Part shown: positions 40,883 to 55,330 of the stretch, piece after piece | Numbering within the stretch: the first letter of the stretch is position 1 | How the letters are laid out: every line of letters starts with the position of its first letter | NCBI GenBank assembly: GCA_951406725.2 | Contig: OX597820.1 | Span: forward strand, 70,060,001-70,124,000 | Origin: Octopus vulgaris | Lineage: Eukaryota | DNA: 64,000 nucleotides | Direction: 5' to 3' | Notes under the pieces: generated by a model | Database searches by the model: none | Seen by the model: the letters and a program-made list of their open reading frames with translations, nothing else | What the model was told of the DNA's origin: nothing | Program-made: the position numbers and the translations under genes

Positions 40883-41638
40883 GGATCTTTACCTTTTGAC
40901 CGACAGATTTAAAAAATAATTTTTTTTAACTAAACACTTTCAAACTTCATATACTTGTAGAATGTGTCACATAAAACATCTTTTACTCTTGGCGTTGTTG
41001 AGAAAAGCTTATATTTATGGAGTTATATCACGTTAAGGTTGTCCTATTTCAGTAATTTAAACCAATCAATGACATGTATTCAGTTGAATAAAATTACTGC
41101 CGTTGCTTGTTAACAACAACTATCGGCGGTGTATATTTTGTTTGTCACAGTTATTTATGACAACCCTAAACCTAAAACCCTAACGCTAACCCTAAAACCT
41201 TAACCCTAACCTTAACCCTAAAACTCTAACTCTAAAACTCTAGCCCTAACCCGAAAACCCTAACCCTAACCCTAAACTGTAACCCTGACATCCTAACCCT
41301 AAACCCTCACCCTAAACCCTCACCCTAAAACCCTAATCTTAACCCTAAAACCCTAAAATCCCAACCCTAACCTTAACCCTAAAACCTTAAAGCCAAAACC
41401 AGTACAAACGCACGAACGATGTCAGGAATAACAGTGACAAACGAATTATACACTGCTGATAGTTGTTATTGACAAACAACGGCAGTAAATTTATTCAGCT
41501 GAATACACGTCATTGATTGGTTGAAATTACTGTAATAGGACAACTTTAACGTGAAATAACTTCGTAAAAATAAGTTTTTCTCAAAAATGCTAAGAGTAAA
41601 AGATGTTTTATATGACACATTTTACTAGTGTCCGAAGT
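40883..41638. mobile_element. Long-TIR (foldback-type) non-autonomous transposon with a telomere-like (TAACCC)n core
   Basis: About 220-bp inverted arms at 40944-41161 and 41419-41638. Degenerate TAACCC/TAAAACCC repeats at 41162-41400. Left terminus GGATC. Confidence 0.85.
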
Positions 41639-42719
41639 ATTTTTCTAAACCATTACTATTGTTAGTGTTATTGTCAAGACGGCGAGTTGGCAGAATCGTT
41701 AGCACGCTACTACGTTCTGAGTTCAAATTACCTTTAATCCTTTCGGGGTCGATAAAATAAGTACCAGTTGAACATTTGGTGTCGATGTAATCGACTCATC
41801 CCCACCTCCCCCAAGCTGCCCTTGTGGCAAAAATTTAAAAGAAGGCGGCGAGCTAGTTGAATCGTTAGCACACCGGGCGAAATGCGTAGCAGCATTTCGT
41901 CTGTCGCTACGTTCTGAGTTCAAATTCTGCCGAGGTCGACTTTGCCTTTTATCCTTTCGATGAAATAAGTACCAGTTACGTATTGGGATTGATTTAATCG
42001 ACTAGCCCCCTTCCTCATCAAAGAAGTATCAAGGTCTTGTGCCTAGAGTATAAATAATCATTATTGCTTTTGTCATTAAAAGAGCTGCAAAGTCAGTAAG
42101 ATGGCTGAATCTTTAGAAGGTTGGATAAAATGCTTCGTAGCATTTCTTTAGGTTCTTTATGGGCAGAGTTCAAATAGCACCGAGGTCAAGTTTCCCTTTC
42201 ATCTTTCCCGGGTCGATGAAATAAAGTACCAGTCAAGTACTGGACTGGCTGCAATCGACTTAATTCTTAAGTGGGCCAAACAAAGAGGGGACGATACAAA
42301 AGCCAGGGTCTAGGATGAAAAACAAAAATATGATAAATCGAATAAAAATCGGATGAAGTAACAATACAAATCACAAAGACAATGAAGTGGAGGCCGGGTT
42401 CTGCGTTTGGCCTCGAAGGCCCCGATCCACCACTGTACCCAGAGTAGAAATGAATATAATATAATATATAATATAATATAATATGATATAATATAATATA
42501 TATATATATATATATATACATATATATATACATATATATACAAACATACACATACATACATATACATACATACACACACGCACACACACATATATATACA
42601 TACATAATGTTTGAAGACGTATAATACATAATCATTTACCTTTTACTTGATTCAATCAATGGACTGTGGTCATACTGTAGCATCGCTTTGAAGGAGTTTT
42701 GTCGAACAAATCGACACCA

Positions 42720-42763
<44 letters not shown>

Positions 42764-42864
42764 AAAAGGGGAGTTTACAAAACAACAGTGGTGACAAAAC
42801 AACAGAAAAGCTCAGGAATCTTTCAGCTAGTTTCTACAGAAAGACAAGAATAACAAGAGGGAAA

Positions 42865-43064
42865 AAGGGAGTTTACAAGATCACAACAAGACGAAGATAG
42901 GTGGTGTACAAAATAAACAGATGTATTAGTATAACGCTCAGATAGAGTCTTTCGTTTCAGCTACGTTTTCTTCTTTCAGAAAAGGACAAACGTAAAAAGA
43001 GTGAAACAAAGAGAGAAAAAAACACCTGTGTGTGTATGTTCTAACGATCTATCATGGCGACTGA

Positions 43065-43116
<52 letters not shown>

Positions 43117-43316
43117 TCAGTCGCCATGATAGATCGTTAGCCACTACACACACATTTTTTCTCTCTTTGTTTCACTCCTTGTTTTTTCTGTGTCCTTTTC
43201 TGTAGAAGAGCGTAGGCTCGAAACGTAAAAGACTTTTTCTATTCCTGAGCGTTATACTAATACATCTGTTTGTTTTGTACACCACCTGTCTTCGTCTTTT
43301 GTTGTTCTTGTAAACT

Positions 43317-43320
<4 letters not shown>
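42865..43320. repeat. Palindrome of a Penelope-like terminal repeat centred on (TA)n
   Basis: 42865-43067 is an indel-rich reverse complement of 43114-43320. Confidence 0.8.
43192..43233 (+). ncRNA. Minimal hammerhead ribozyme-like motif, variant core CUGUAGA
   Basis: cctttt-CTGTAGA-A-GAGC(GTAG)GCTC-GAAA-C-GTA-aaagac. Confidence 0.55.
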
Positions 43321-43398
<78 letters not shown>

Positions 43399-43617
43399 GT
43401 TTTGTAGCATTTTTTCGGATCTTTATGGATAGAGTTCAAATACAGCCGAGGTCAAGTTTTCCTTTCATCTTTCCCGAGTCGATAAAATAAAGTACCAGTC
43501 AAGTACTGGAGTGGCTGCAATTGTTGCTCCTTGTGCCAATATTTGAATCAATTAATAACAAAGCGATGGAATAGCAGAATTATTACAATGTTGATCAAAA
43601 TATATTTTTCTAGTTTC

Positions 43618-43648
<31 letters not shown>

Positions 43649-44007
43649 TGTATGTATGTATGTATGTATGAATGTATGTATGTATGTATGTATGCATGCG
43701 AGTCTTTGTTTGTGATTGTTCCCTTTACACACCACTTGACAATCAGTGTTGGTTTGCCTAAGTCCCCGTAACTTTGTAGTTTGGCAAAAGAGATCGATAG
43801 AATAAGTGCCAAATTTAAAAATATGTGCTGGGTCTATTTGTTCAACAAAGCCCTTCAAAGTGATGCTACAGTATGGTCACTGTGCAATGACTGAATCAAA
43901 TAAAATGTAAATGATTATGTATAATACAACATCTTCAAATCTCCCTCTCCATCGACTTTATGTAAGTTATCTCCTCAACCCCATACAACCTTTCTAAAAA
44001 AAAAAAA

Positions 44008-44270
44008 AACCTGTTTAAGGTTTCTCGGCGTCAGAAATATGAAGGAACCTCTACTGAAATATTTTTTTTAAAAATGGATAAAAATCTAAAGACGATTCCG
44101 GACCAACCAACCAACCATTGAAAGATACATTCAGAGAAGACCAGGTGCTATATATTCAATCATAGAGCAAATTCCAACCATAATACCACAACAAAACTGA
44201 AAGAAAATAAATTACGGCGGTGCTCCATCATGGCCGCAGTTCTACGAGTTAAACCGTTACAAGAAAAAAA
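44008..44270 (+). mobile_element. CR1/L2-group LINE 3' end, decayed
   Basis: NLFK..VRNMKGTSTEIF..MDKNLKTIPDQP..YIQRR..SIIEQ, then the tail GGCGGTGCTCCATCATGGCCGCAG shared with SINE family A. Confidence 0.65.
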
Positions 44271-44414
44271 AATCATGTTTTTGTCTTCTTTGTCGTCGTC
44301 GTTATCATGATCATCATCATTTTATAAATCTAACTTTATTTCCTTCCCTCTTCAATCGAATTACTCCACCCTCCTCTGGCACCTCTCATCACCATCATCA
44401 CCACCACCACCACC

Positions 44415-44465
<51 letters not shown>

Positions 44466-44619
44466 TTTCTCTTGTCCATCATCATCTTCTCGTATTCTCC
44501 ATTATATTACCATTATCAATTTTATCATTAAAGCAACAACTACAGCAACATTCTTTTATTTTTCGGTTTGTCTTCATCTTTGTCTTCCTTCATCTTTTAC
44601 CATCTAATTATTCTCTCTT

Positions 44620-44650
<31 letters not shown>

Positions 44651-45697
44651 ACCACCGCATGCTCATTCTTTCTCCATCATTGACTTCATGAAAACGATGT
44701 TGGGAAGGGAAGGTGTTGGTTAAGAGAACCCGACAAGAGATAACAAAGCACTACGAAAAAATAAAAAAAAAAGCAACTACTACTACTACTACTACTACTT
44801 GTCTTACTATAAGTCTCTTCTTCCTTTCTCTCATCCTCCTTCTCTACGCGTGTGCATGTGTGCGTCTCTCTCTCTCTCTCCATCTCTCTTAGATTCGAGC
44901 AATTGTGACAAGCGAACAAAGTCATGTTTTATTTCTTTCACGCGATTATTTGTTGGTCAGGGAAGGTCAACATGCTAAGCGAACGAGTCATATTTCCGTC
45001 CTTCCGTGTGGCGCCAGGGTGCCAGGAATCTAGGGTCGAAGCCTACAGTGGTAGACCCGATAAGAGAATCTGAAGAAGACCTATTGAATGTGTGGCTTTA
45101 CTTGTTGTGGAAATCAGCAGCTACAAACTTACAATCTACCACGCGAACTACAACAACTCCCCCTCCACCCCACAAGTCTTTTAGTCTTTTACTATATATA
45201 CGTATATACACTGAGGAATTATTTTGCTTGTTTGGTTGGTTGTTATAGCTTTGTTTACAGTTCTTGTAATTGTTGTTGTTTTATATTTCCCCAATTTATT
45301 TTTTTTATTTCTGTTTTATTTTATTTTTCTTACTTTTAGTCGGCACCACTTCATACGGCCAATTTCCTTTACGGGAAGAAAGAGAACTTAGCGAGTGAGT
45401 GAGTGAGTGAGTAATGGTTACCTCCCGAGAGAAACACGTAAACACTTGCAGACTAAATAAGAACTAACAACAGGGTCATAAGTGATTCGCTCATCTATGT
45501 ATTTACACATGAATTCATTCATCCGTTCTGCCATTCGTAATTACACGCATAACTCCGCTGGAGTAGACTCCATCAATTCTATGTTGATTAAGCACCATGT
45601 CGAATAAGAACATATATCAGTAATGCCCTGTGATTTAATCGATCGGCTCAACCAGAACTGGAGTTCCCCGTGTAAGATTATTTTTTTATCATTATTG

Positions 45698-45765
<68 letters not shown>

Positions 45766-45925
45766 TCTATTATCATCATTTATTAATATCGTCACATCGC
45801 GGAAGAGAACTTAACTATGCATTCGAATTCGTTTGTGTCATTTTGTTCACGATCATATCTATTAATTCTATTCAAGAACATTTAATTGGAATTAGATATT
45901 TGTAAGGTAGAGGAAGCGTTTAAAG

Positions 45926-45960
<35 letters not shown>

Positions 45961-46430
45961 ATACCATTCCAAAGATATGAAATTACAAAAGAGTGAAAGA
46001 TGTCAAACTTTACGCCTCGCCACTAATTTTATTAAAATAAATGATGCACAAAGTAAATTTGTTCGCCAATTTTATATCTATACGGATCTATAACATGACA
46101 CTTCATTTATGTAATCATTCGTTACCATTCCTTAAATTTGGACCCACGATTACGTGGAGACCTTTCTAAAGAAAAGAGCCTGATTTGAACCTGATCTTCC
46201 TTAAATGGTGTTTTTAGCAATTAGTCAATGCATTTATCACCAACTCGCATGTATCACACACACACACATACTTACATACACACGCACAGATATATACATG
46301 TGAGTGTGTGTGTGTGTCTGTATGTATGTATGTGCAAGTAAATATGTAAATATACATACATGAGCTCACATATGTTTATATATATATGTATGAATATACA
46401 TATATATATATAAACATATGTGAGCTCATG

Positions 46431-46507
<77 letters not shown>

Positions 46508-46550
46508 TATATATGTATATGCATATATATATACATATATATGTATATGC

Positions 46551-46583
<33 letters not shown>

Positions 46584-46840
46584 CATACATATATATATAC
46601 ATACACACACATGCACACACACATACACGTACACACAGATAAACATATATTGTACATCGCACACACAAGTACATACATATATACATATATTTACGTGTGT
46701 GTGTGTGTGTGTGTGTATGAGGAAAATGATATACTTTATACTATAATTCCTCCGTTGTTGGTTTTCGAATATCTGATTTATGTAATTAAATTTTTCCACT
46801 TCACTTTCTCTCTTTACATGTATTTATGTGTGTATGTATG

Positions 46841-46887
<47 letters not shown>

Positions 46888-46922
46888 ATCTATGTATGTA
46901 TATGTATACGTATACACTCACA

Positions 46923-46973
<51 letters not shown>

Positions 46974-46999
46974 GCACGTACCCCTTTGGTCTTATATGT

Positions 47000-47075
<76 letters not shown>

Positions 47076-47162
47076 TACATATATTTATGTATATATATTA
47101 ATATACACACACACCCATATATATATATGTATGTAAATATACACACAGATATGTACAGATAT

Positions 47163-47203
<41 letters not shown>

Positions 47204-47374
47204 CGTGTGCAATATCATGCACTGTGCATCTGTGTCAGATGTACACTGAGTTCCAAAACAAATAATTACTCTTATTTCCAATATTCTGATTACGCTAGCA
47301 TCGTAAGCACGTGCATACCTATGCACACACACGTATACATATATAGGCACATGTAAACTCACACACAAGCACTT

Positions 47375-47645
47375 GGAGACGCGTGGCTTAGTGGTTAATT
47401 GTGTTGGTATCGTGATCGTTAGATTGTGGTTTCGATTCTTGGCCCCGGCGATGCCTTATGTTTATAAGCAAAACACTTCATTTTACGTTACTCCAGTCGA
47501 CTCAATTAGCAAAAAATGAGCAATCCTGCAACGGACCAGTGTCTCGTCCGGTTGGGGAATATATATATACGCCATTGAAACCGGGGAGCCGGCCCTTATG
47601 AGTCTATATCACTGGGAAAGGAACTTTACTTTACTTACTACTTTA
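47375..47645 (+). mobile_element. SINE with family C head and CCTGCRACGGAC-type tail
   Basis: Head as in 23660; tail CCTGCAACGGACC..GGCCCTTATGAG as in 40345. Confidence 0.7.
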
Positions 47646-48112
47646 CACACAGTCACATACAAACACATCATGATGATGGTAATGATGCTGTGTCTTTGTC
47701 TGTATCTGATCAAATTACTTAACTACTGGAATGCTATGACTGAATATCCCAGACATATGCTTTACCGATATACCAGGTCGAATTAACAGGAGTGTACGTT
47801 CGACAACAGTAGGAGCTCGGACTCCGCGCAGTTTCCACTCTTTTACTCAGAAAATGGAATTCAAGACACCTGCCTTTGATATCGCGAAGTTGGGTCGAAG
47901 ACCAGGCATCATAACTGCGAAATGAAACTCTTTGTCAATCGGTCATACTTCCATACAGTCACACTTAGACTTATACGCATTCACACCAATATACACACAC
48001 ACATATATATATGTATATGAATACGTGTGTATGTATATATGTATACATGTATATATATATACATATAAATATATATGTATATATACATACATACAAAGAT
48101 ACATACATATAA

Positions 48113-48176
<64 letters not shown>

Positions 48177-48339
48177 CAAAATGGGACAAGAACGCAAAAC
48201 ATACGGACAACTAGGTGATACAAAAAGGGAGAACAAAACATCCAGATAGACGATACGTGAAAACAAAGACGGGTCATTCGAAGCTTTCTATCCTCAGTCA
48301 AGAGCCAGATCATCCTCGCAATTTCGGCTGATTAATCTT

Positions 48340-48452
<113 letters not shown>

Positions 48453-48512
48453 CGGGAGGCTTTATGAAAATAAACAAAAGACGAAGGCAGGTGGAAAACA
48501 AACGAACAATTG

Positions 48513-48614
<102 letters not shown>

Positions 48615-49758
48615 TATGAACATATATATATTTTCTTTTACTTTTTATTTGTTTCTGTCATTTGACTGTGGCCATGCTGGAGCACCACCCTTTAGTCGAA
48701 CAAATTCTTCGTAAGCCTTGTACTTATTCTATAGTTCTTTTTGCCGAACCACTAAATTACGGGGACGTAAACATACCAACATCAGTTGTCAAGCGATGGT
48801 GGAGGCACAAACACAGACTCACAAACATACACAGACACACACACACACACACACACACACATACTTTATTAAGGAAGCTGCAAAGACATCACAAAAACTG
48901 TTACTTAGAGTTTCATTTCACGTTCCTCTTCGTCGGACAGTTTTAGTTGAGAAAGGAACAAAAAAAATGGTTATATGTACAAATATACAATTACATTGAT
49001 AGATAAACATGTGAGATAGGTCTTCTTTTATCGGTCCTTTCAGTTAATGGTCTTTTCAACAACACACACACACATATATCTATATATATCGTTGCTATTA
49101 TACACGATTTTTGATACCTTGGCATCTGAAGCAGCTAGAGATAGAATAGTTTGACCAAAACAAACAGCTATTGCAAGCTAAGATAAATACTGAAAAAGAC
49201 ATTTGGCTATATATATATATTTCGAAGAAACACGCGATGAGTCGAAACAGAGGCAGCTGAAGAAGGGCAATGTTCCTTGTGCTGTTTGTCTTGTACTTTG
49301 TTTTTTCGTTGTTAAAAAAGTCCGTTTCCTTGTTTTGTTTTTATGTTTGCGTTTCTCGTTGTGTTCTACGTTTATTTGTGGTGTCCTGTACCCATATATG
49401 CATGTATATATACATATAGATGTAGGTATGTATATATATGCATGTATGTATGCATATGTTTTATTTATTAAATTGTTATTATATATATATACACACATGT
49501 ATATTTGATAAGAAGGCAAAGAAAATTCTTCATTTACAGAGAAGCACTCAGCCCAAATACTGGGCTATCAGCACTGTCGGGATCCAAGCCAAGCTCAGAA
49601 TACTTTTGGTGTAGAAAATCGATTATACCGTCATATGGTTTGGCGAAGAGTAAATTCAATGAAAAGAAGACAAAATTCTTTAACACAATTTTCTTTGCCT
49701 TCTTATCAAAGTATATGTGTGTGTGTGTGTGCATATATATATCTTTATATATATACAC

Positions 49759-49841
<83 letters not shown>

Positions 49842-51286
49842 CGAATATATGCATTTATATATATATATAAATCACTTTATGTCTATATGTTTATATTTAT
49901 GTCTATAGATTTTCTACAGAAATCAGACCTAGACTAAAATGTATTTTCAAACAATGCTATCGAAGACAGAAAACATAGGTAATGGGTGTGTATGCATACT
50001 TCAAGAGTTATTATTCTTTCATGAGCACCACATCCACCCTTCAACTACTCACGAAGACATTGTTTAAATATCCACAAGCTATAACGGTGTAACATAATTG
50101 GATAACACGATTTACCTATTAAACACATTTCATATGACATATTTTTTATATCTAATATTGTATTATTTTTTATCTATATTTATATGGATTACCTACTATA
50201 AAAATGTATGTATATCTGTATAATGCGTCTGTATGTGTGACTGAATGTTTCTATCATCCTGTGTATGACTTGATATAAAAATGTATTTGATAGAAATAGA
50301 TTGCTTTCAGAATCTATTCAATACACGATGAATCTATCGATGTATATATACATCCTCTACATGGGGATATAATTTCATTAAATCAAGTATTTCTGTTGTA
50401 TGGTATTTGATATACCTGTAATATGTTGTTCACATACATGACACTGACCTCACTGAGTTATTTCTCTTGCTTCATATTTGTTTAAATTACGCAAATTACC
50501 TAAGCCATAAATATATTCCGCTTATTGTGTATGTATGAAAGAACCTTGGTTCTGGGAGATAAATTACGATAGTTCTACTGCGTCAGAAACATACCCATTC
50601 GATTGTCCGTCATCTTCAGACAATAAATCGGTAGTTTTCAATAATGGCATGTGAACGCTGAAAAATTTATGATTCTTGAGATGTTGCTCTCAACTAATCC
50701 TTCACATAAGCTAAGAGCATTACATTCTTTGGAAGAAAACAGCAAATATATACGAAAACAAGGACAAAAAAACCCCCAGAAATGTTACACATATACAAAT
50801 AACAGGACATAACTACAGGTGTCTTTCGACTAAGGACGAATTAAATTAAGCTGGCATGTATGGAAGTAAAGCCTTACGGCAGGGACATATGATTTAACAG
50901 GCACAGGAAGGAATATACATGTTGCACGGACAGTAGTCGAACCAAGAAAGACAGGTCAGGCTTGGCCGAACACCGGTCACGTGGGGAGTGAAGAGAGAGA
51001 GGTAGAGGCTGAGGGATAGAAGAATTAGGGAGGAGCGAGAAAAAATGAAAGAAATACAGTGAAGTGAAGGAAGGAAAGTGAGCATGAAGAGAAGGCCAGG
51101 AAATGTGAGAAAGGAAGAACGAAAGAACGAAGAGTAGAATGAACGAAGTGTGAAAGGGCTGTTAGAAAGAAGGTAAGAATGAAAGAATACAAAGAATAAT
51201 AGAGTCTTACAAAATTTTGCTATATATATACTTACATATAAGAGACCAAAGTGTACGTACGCTGCTATATTTTATATATAAAAAAA

Positions 51287-51726
51287 TATAAAAATAAGAC
51301 AAGAACGCAAAACATCCAGACAGTTAGGTGAAACAAAAGAGGGATAAGAAAATATCCAGACGGACAATACAAGGAAAACAAGGCTGGATCATTCGGAGTT
51401 TTCTATCCTCAGTCGAGTTCCAGATTATCTTTGCAATTTCGGCTGGTTATACTCGTTTTTATTTTTCTGTCCTTGTTTTCGTATGCATTCGCTGCTTTCT
51501 TCCAAGGAAATTAATGCTCTTAGCTTATTATTTCTTCGGGGCTGGCCAAATTGGAACAATCTCGAGAATAACCAGCCGAAATTGCAAATATAATCTGAAA
51601 CTTGACTGAGGATAGAAAACTCTAAATGATCTGTCGTTGTGTTCCTTATATCGTCTGTCTGGATATTTTGTTGTCCCTTTTTGTTTCACCTATCTGTCTG
51701 GATGTTTTGCGTTCTTGTCCTATTTT

Positions 51727-51732
<6 letters not shown>
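51287..51732. mobile_element. Fold-back Penelope-like terminal repeat (~170-bp arms)
   Basis: 51287-51455 versus 51563-51732 are inverted and abut (TA)n. Confidence 0.75.
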
Positions 51733-51797
<65 letters not shown>

Positions 51798-51800
<3 letters not shown>

Positions 51801-51946
51801 CAAAATAAGCAACAGGATATCAAGTAGTAATACAGTACAGCCGTTCCAAGCGGATCCATTAATTTAATGCAATCATTAAATTAAATGTACTCGCTTGAAA
51901 CAGTTGAAGTGCATCACTACTTGATATCCTGTTGCTTATTTTGATT
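51798..51946. repeat. Imperfect ~150-bp hairpin
   Basis: AATCAAAATAAGCAACAGGATATCAAGTAGT has an exact reverse complement ending at 51946, and the inner arms also pair. Confidence 0.85.
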
Positions 51947-52038
51947 TTATCCACCCTACTTCGAGCTGTGCGGTTTATACTGAACTGACTCGGTGCTTCA
52001 TCTTAGGTACTTAATTCAACTGAATCTCAATTTTTTCT

Positions 52039-52108
<70 letters not shown>

Positions 52109-52707
52109 CATGCTTATTGAATTAGCGTGTGAGTGGGCGAGTATTCCACGGACACGTGAACTGTTGACGCAGTTCTGAGGCTAAATCAGTAATCACACAA
52201 AGTAGGGCATTGCTGTCTCTTTGATTCACAAGTAACGTCTGCGCATCTGCCCCCATCTGTCCGATTTCCTGCACAATATATGAGTCGATCGGAGGTTAAA
52301 GAAAGTTGCTCTACCCAAAGTGACGTATACGTACATAAATACACACATACATCTAAACATCTATATACATCAATTTGATTTGTCCCCGAGCTAACCAATG
52401 CACATGGCCTTAGAGTATTTATCTATTGAGAGCGAGCCATATACATAGGTCAGAAAAACACAACCAAAACCGTGCGGCCGCTAGCAGCTTCTCTGTATGG
52501 CCAGGCCTTAAGAGATCCCTGCATACACACCCACGCGTGCGCATACACACATGTATGTATGTATGTATGTATGTATGTATGTATGTATGTACACATATAT
52601 TATAAACACAATAATACATCTGTATTTTATATATATAACACAATATAACAATATATTCTGTTTTTATATATTTATATCATATAGTGTGTGTGCATGCGTG
52701 CGTACGC

Positions 52708-52793
<86 letters not shown>

Positions 52794-53130
52794 TTGCAAA
52801 CATGCATAAACGTTTATTCATGTATTCAGAACGCAAAACGTAGAAGCTTTAAAATATATGTAAATAAGACTTGCTTTATGCCCTGCAGGCAACTTTCCGA
52901 TGGTTTGTTTTTCTTTTTGTTTTTTAACGCAGTGGGAGTTGTTAGCCACCGATGAATTTACTCGAACGCACATCCTTGATAAAGCTACACACACACACAC
53001 GCGCGCACACACAAATACACACTCACACACACATTCAAGCAATGCAAATAAAGGTAGATAGACAGATAGATATATACATGCATACATACATACTTACGCA
53101 TTTATGTGTATGTGTATGTAAATGTGTGTT

Positions 53131-53174
<44 letters not shown>

Positions 53175-53177
<3 letters not shown>

Positions 53178-53462
53178 GTTGTCTAATCCTTATGCAAAGT
53201 TTGACCACCTCCTGTACTTACACCTTGGCACCATCATGGCAACTGATGTGGCTTTTTAAACCAGACAATATTCTGTAAAACACCGGCATAGATTGCACAT
53301 CCGATTTGGGCCACCAAAAGCTGCATATGTTCTGATTTTTCTGGATCTTAAAATGTGTTTTGAGGCCTCCGTTAGATATGCAAACCTTCTGGCATACACT
53401 GCATTCAAAGGCATATAGGTAGAATAGTTGGTGAAGGTTCGTTTTTCGTGGGTTCGCAAATT
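53175..53462 (-). mobile_element. LINE-like (probably RTE) 3' fragment with C2H2 zinc-finger remnants
   Basis: Frameshifted paralogue of 59148-59467 (ECSVCQKVCISNGGLKTHF; CNLCRCF). Confidence 0.7.
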
Positions 53463-53497
<35 letters not shown>

Positions 53498-53797
53498 ATG
53501 CAAAATGGGACAAGAACGCAAAACATCCAGATAGTTAGGTGATAAAAAATGGACAACAAAACATCCAACAATATAAAGAAAATAAGGACAGGTCATTCGG
53601 AGTTTTCTTTGTCAAGTTCCAGATTATCTTTGAAATTTCGGCTGGATATACTCGATATTGCTCCAATCTGGCCAGCCCCAAGTAAAAACTAAGCTAAGAG
53701 CATTAGATTCCTTGGAAGAAAGCAGCGAATGTATAAGAAAAACAAGGACGGAAAAAAAACGGAGAATGTTGCACAAATACAAATAACAGGACATAAC

Positions 53798-53940
<143 letters not shown>

Positions 53941-53971
53941 CGTACACGCGTAGGGTGTATGTATACATAAA

Positions 53972-54200
53972 GGCGGCGGGCTGGCAGAAACGTTAGCACG
54001 CCGGGCGAAATGGTTTGCGGTATTTCGTCTGCCGTAACGTTCTGAGTTCAAATTCCGCCGAGGTCGACTTTGCCTTTCATCCTTTCTGGGTCGATAAATT
54101 AAGTACCAGTTACACACTGGGGTCGATGTAATCGGCTTAATCCCTTTGACTGTCCTTGTTTGTCCCCTCTATGTTTAGCCCCTTGTGGGCAGTAAAGAAA
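53972..54200 (+). mobile_element. SINE family B, full length, long tail
   Basis: Intact head, central domain and tail. Confidence 0.9.
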
Positions 54201-54494
54201 TATATACATGGAGTTTACTTTGTGACGTGTTTCGGATTCAGTGTCATTGTTAGCAGTTTGTGTTCTAAGGGTTACCTCCATTACAGTTCGTCTTTACTCT
54301 TGAACACACCTAAAAGTAGTTCTTACCGTCAAATTACAAGGACAATCTCAGTAGATAGAAGTTTTACTATTCACTATATTACGTATGTAATATTCTCCTT
54401 TGTATTATATATTTTATCTATTAAATTCGAAGGCACAGGAAAATATTTTCCAGTGCCTTCGAATTTAATATTTAATATTTAATATTGGAGGAAT

Positions 54495-54580
54495 CCCACG
54501 CTGATGAGTCGAAAATGGTCGGGTAAAGTATAATTCTTTATTCTTTATACCGATCTAATTCCGAAACGCGCGTACGTGGG
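54495..54580 (+). ncRNA. Type I minimal hammerhead ribozyme
   Basis: Stem I CCCACG/CGTGGG, core CTGATGA, long stem II closed by G-C, GAAA, palindromic stem III ACGCGCGT, and a GUA cleavage triplet ending at 54574. Confidence 0.85.
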
Positions 54581-54949
54581 TAACCTAATATCGATTGATT
54601 TTCGTTATTTTCCCCCTTTGCCTGCGTGGATTGTTTTCAAGTACTTTGGTTTTTCTGGGAGTCCCTTTAAAAGTAGAAGGAATAGCTAAGATGTTTTGAC
54701 TGCTATTTCTAAACTTCGGTATGTGGTGAAGCAAATCTTTGCTGAAACCTAATTATAAAGTATTACTTAAGCTTACCATGAAAAAGTATTTTTCATGCCG
54801 AATTTTACTTGGTAAAATTACTGATTACTTCTTAATTAATTAATTTTACCCTTTGTTATTATATATGTATATATATATATATATATTTGTGTGTATATAT
54901 GTATATATATATGTATATATGTATATATATATATGGATATATATGTATG

Positions 54950-54984
<35 letters not shown>

Positions 54985-55013
54985 GTATATATATATGTGT
55001 ATATATATATGTG

Positions 55014-55050
<37 letters not shown>

Positions 55051-55053
<3 letters not shown>

Positions 55054-55330
55054 CGTGACCGACCAGGCTATCAGATGTTGTTACAAATCGCTGGTCACAA
55101 TGCGCTTCGCATTGTTTAGCCTTCAAATGACGCCACCCCGCTGGCCAAGCGAGCAGGCCAACAGTAGAAAGAGTGAGAGAAAGTTGTGGTACAGCAGGGA
55201 TCGCCACCACCACCCTGCCGGAACCTCCTGGAGCTTTAGATGTTTTCGCTCAGTAAACACTCACAACAACCGGTCTGGGAATCGAAACCGCGATCCTACG
55301 ACCGCGAGTCCGCTGGGCCATTGCGCCTCC
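55051..55330 (-). mobile_element. SINE family D (partial second copy at 55432-55602)
   Basis: Reverse complement of 32540-32844. Confidence 0.85.

Noticed and set aside
41162-41400. True telomere or chromosome fusion site
   Set aside because: The repeats are degenerate, in one orientation and enclosed by transposon arms.
48270-48335. GAAA..CTGAGGA..GAAT motifs (related ones at 11885, 12690, 19520, 35155 and 51600)
   Set aside because: Core words are present, but I could not build consistent stems I and III, so they are not called as ribozymes.
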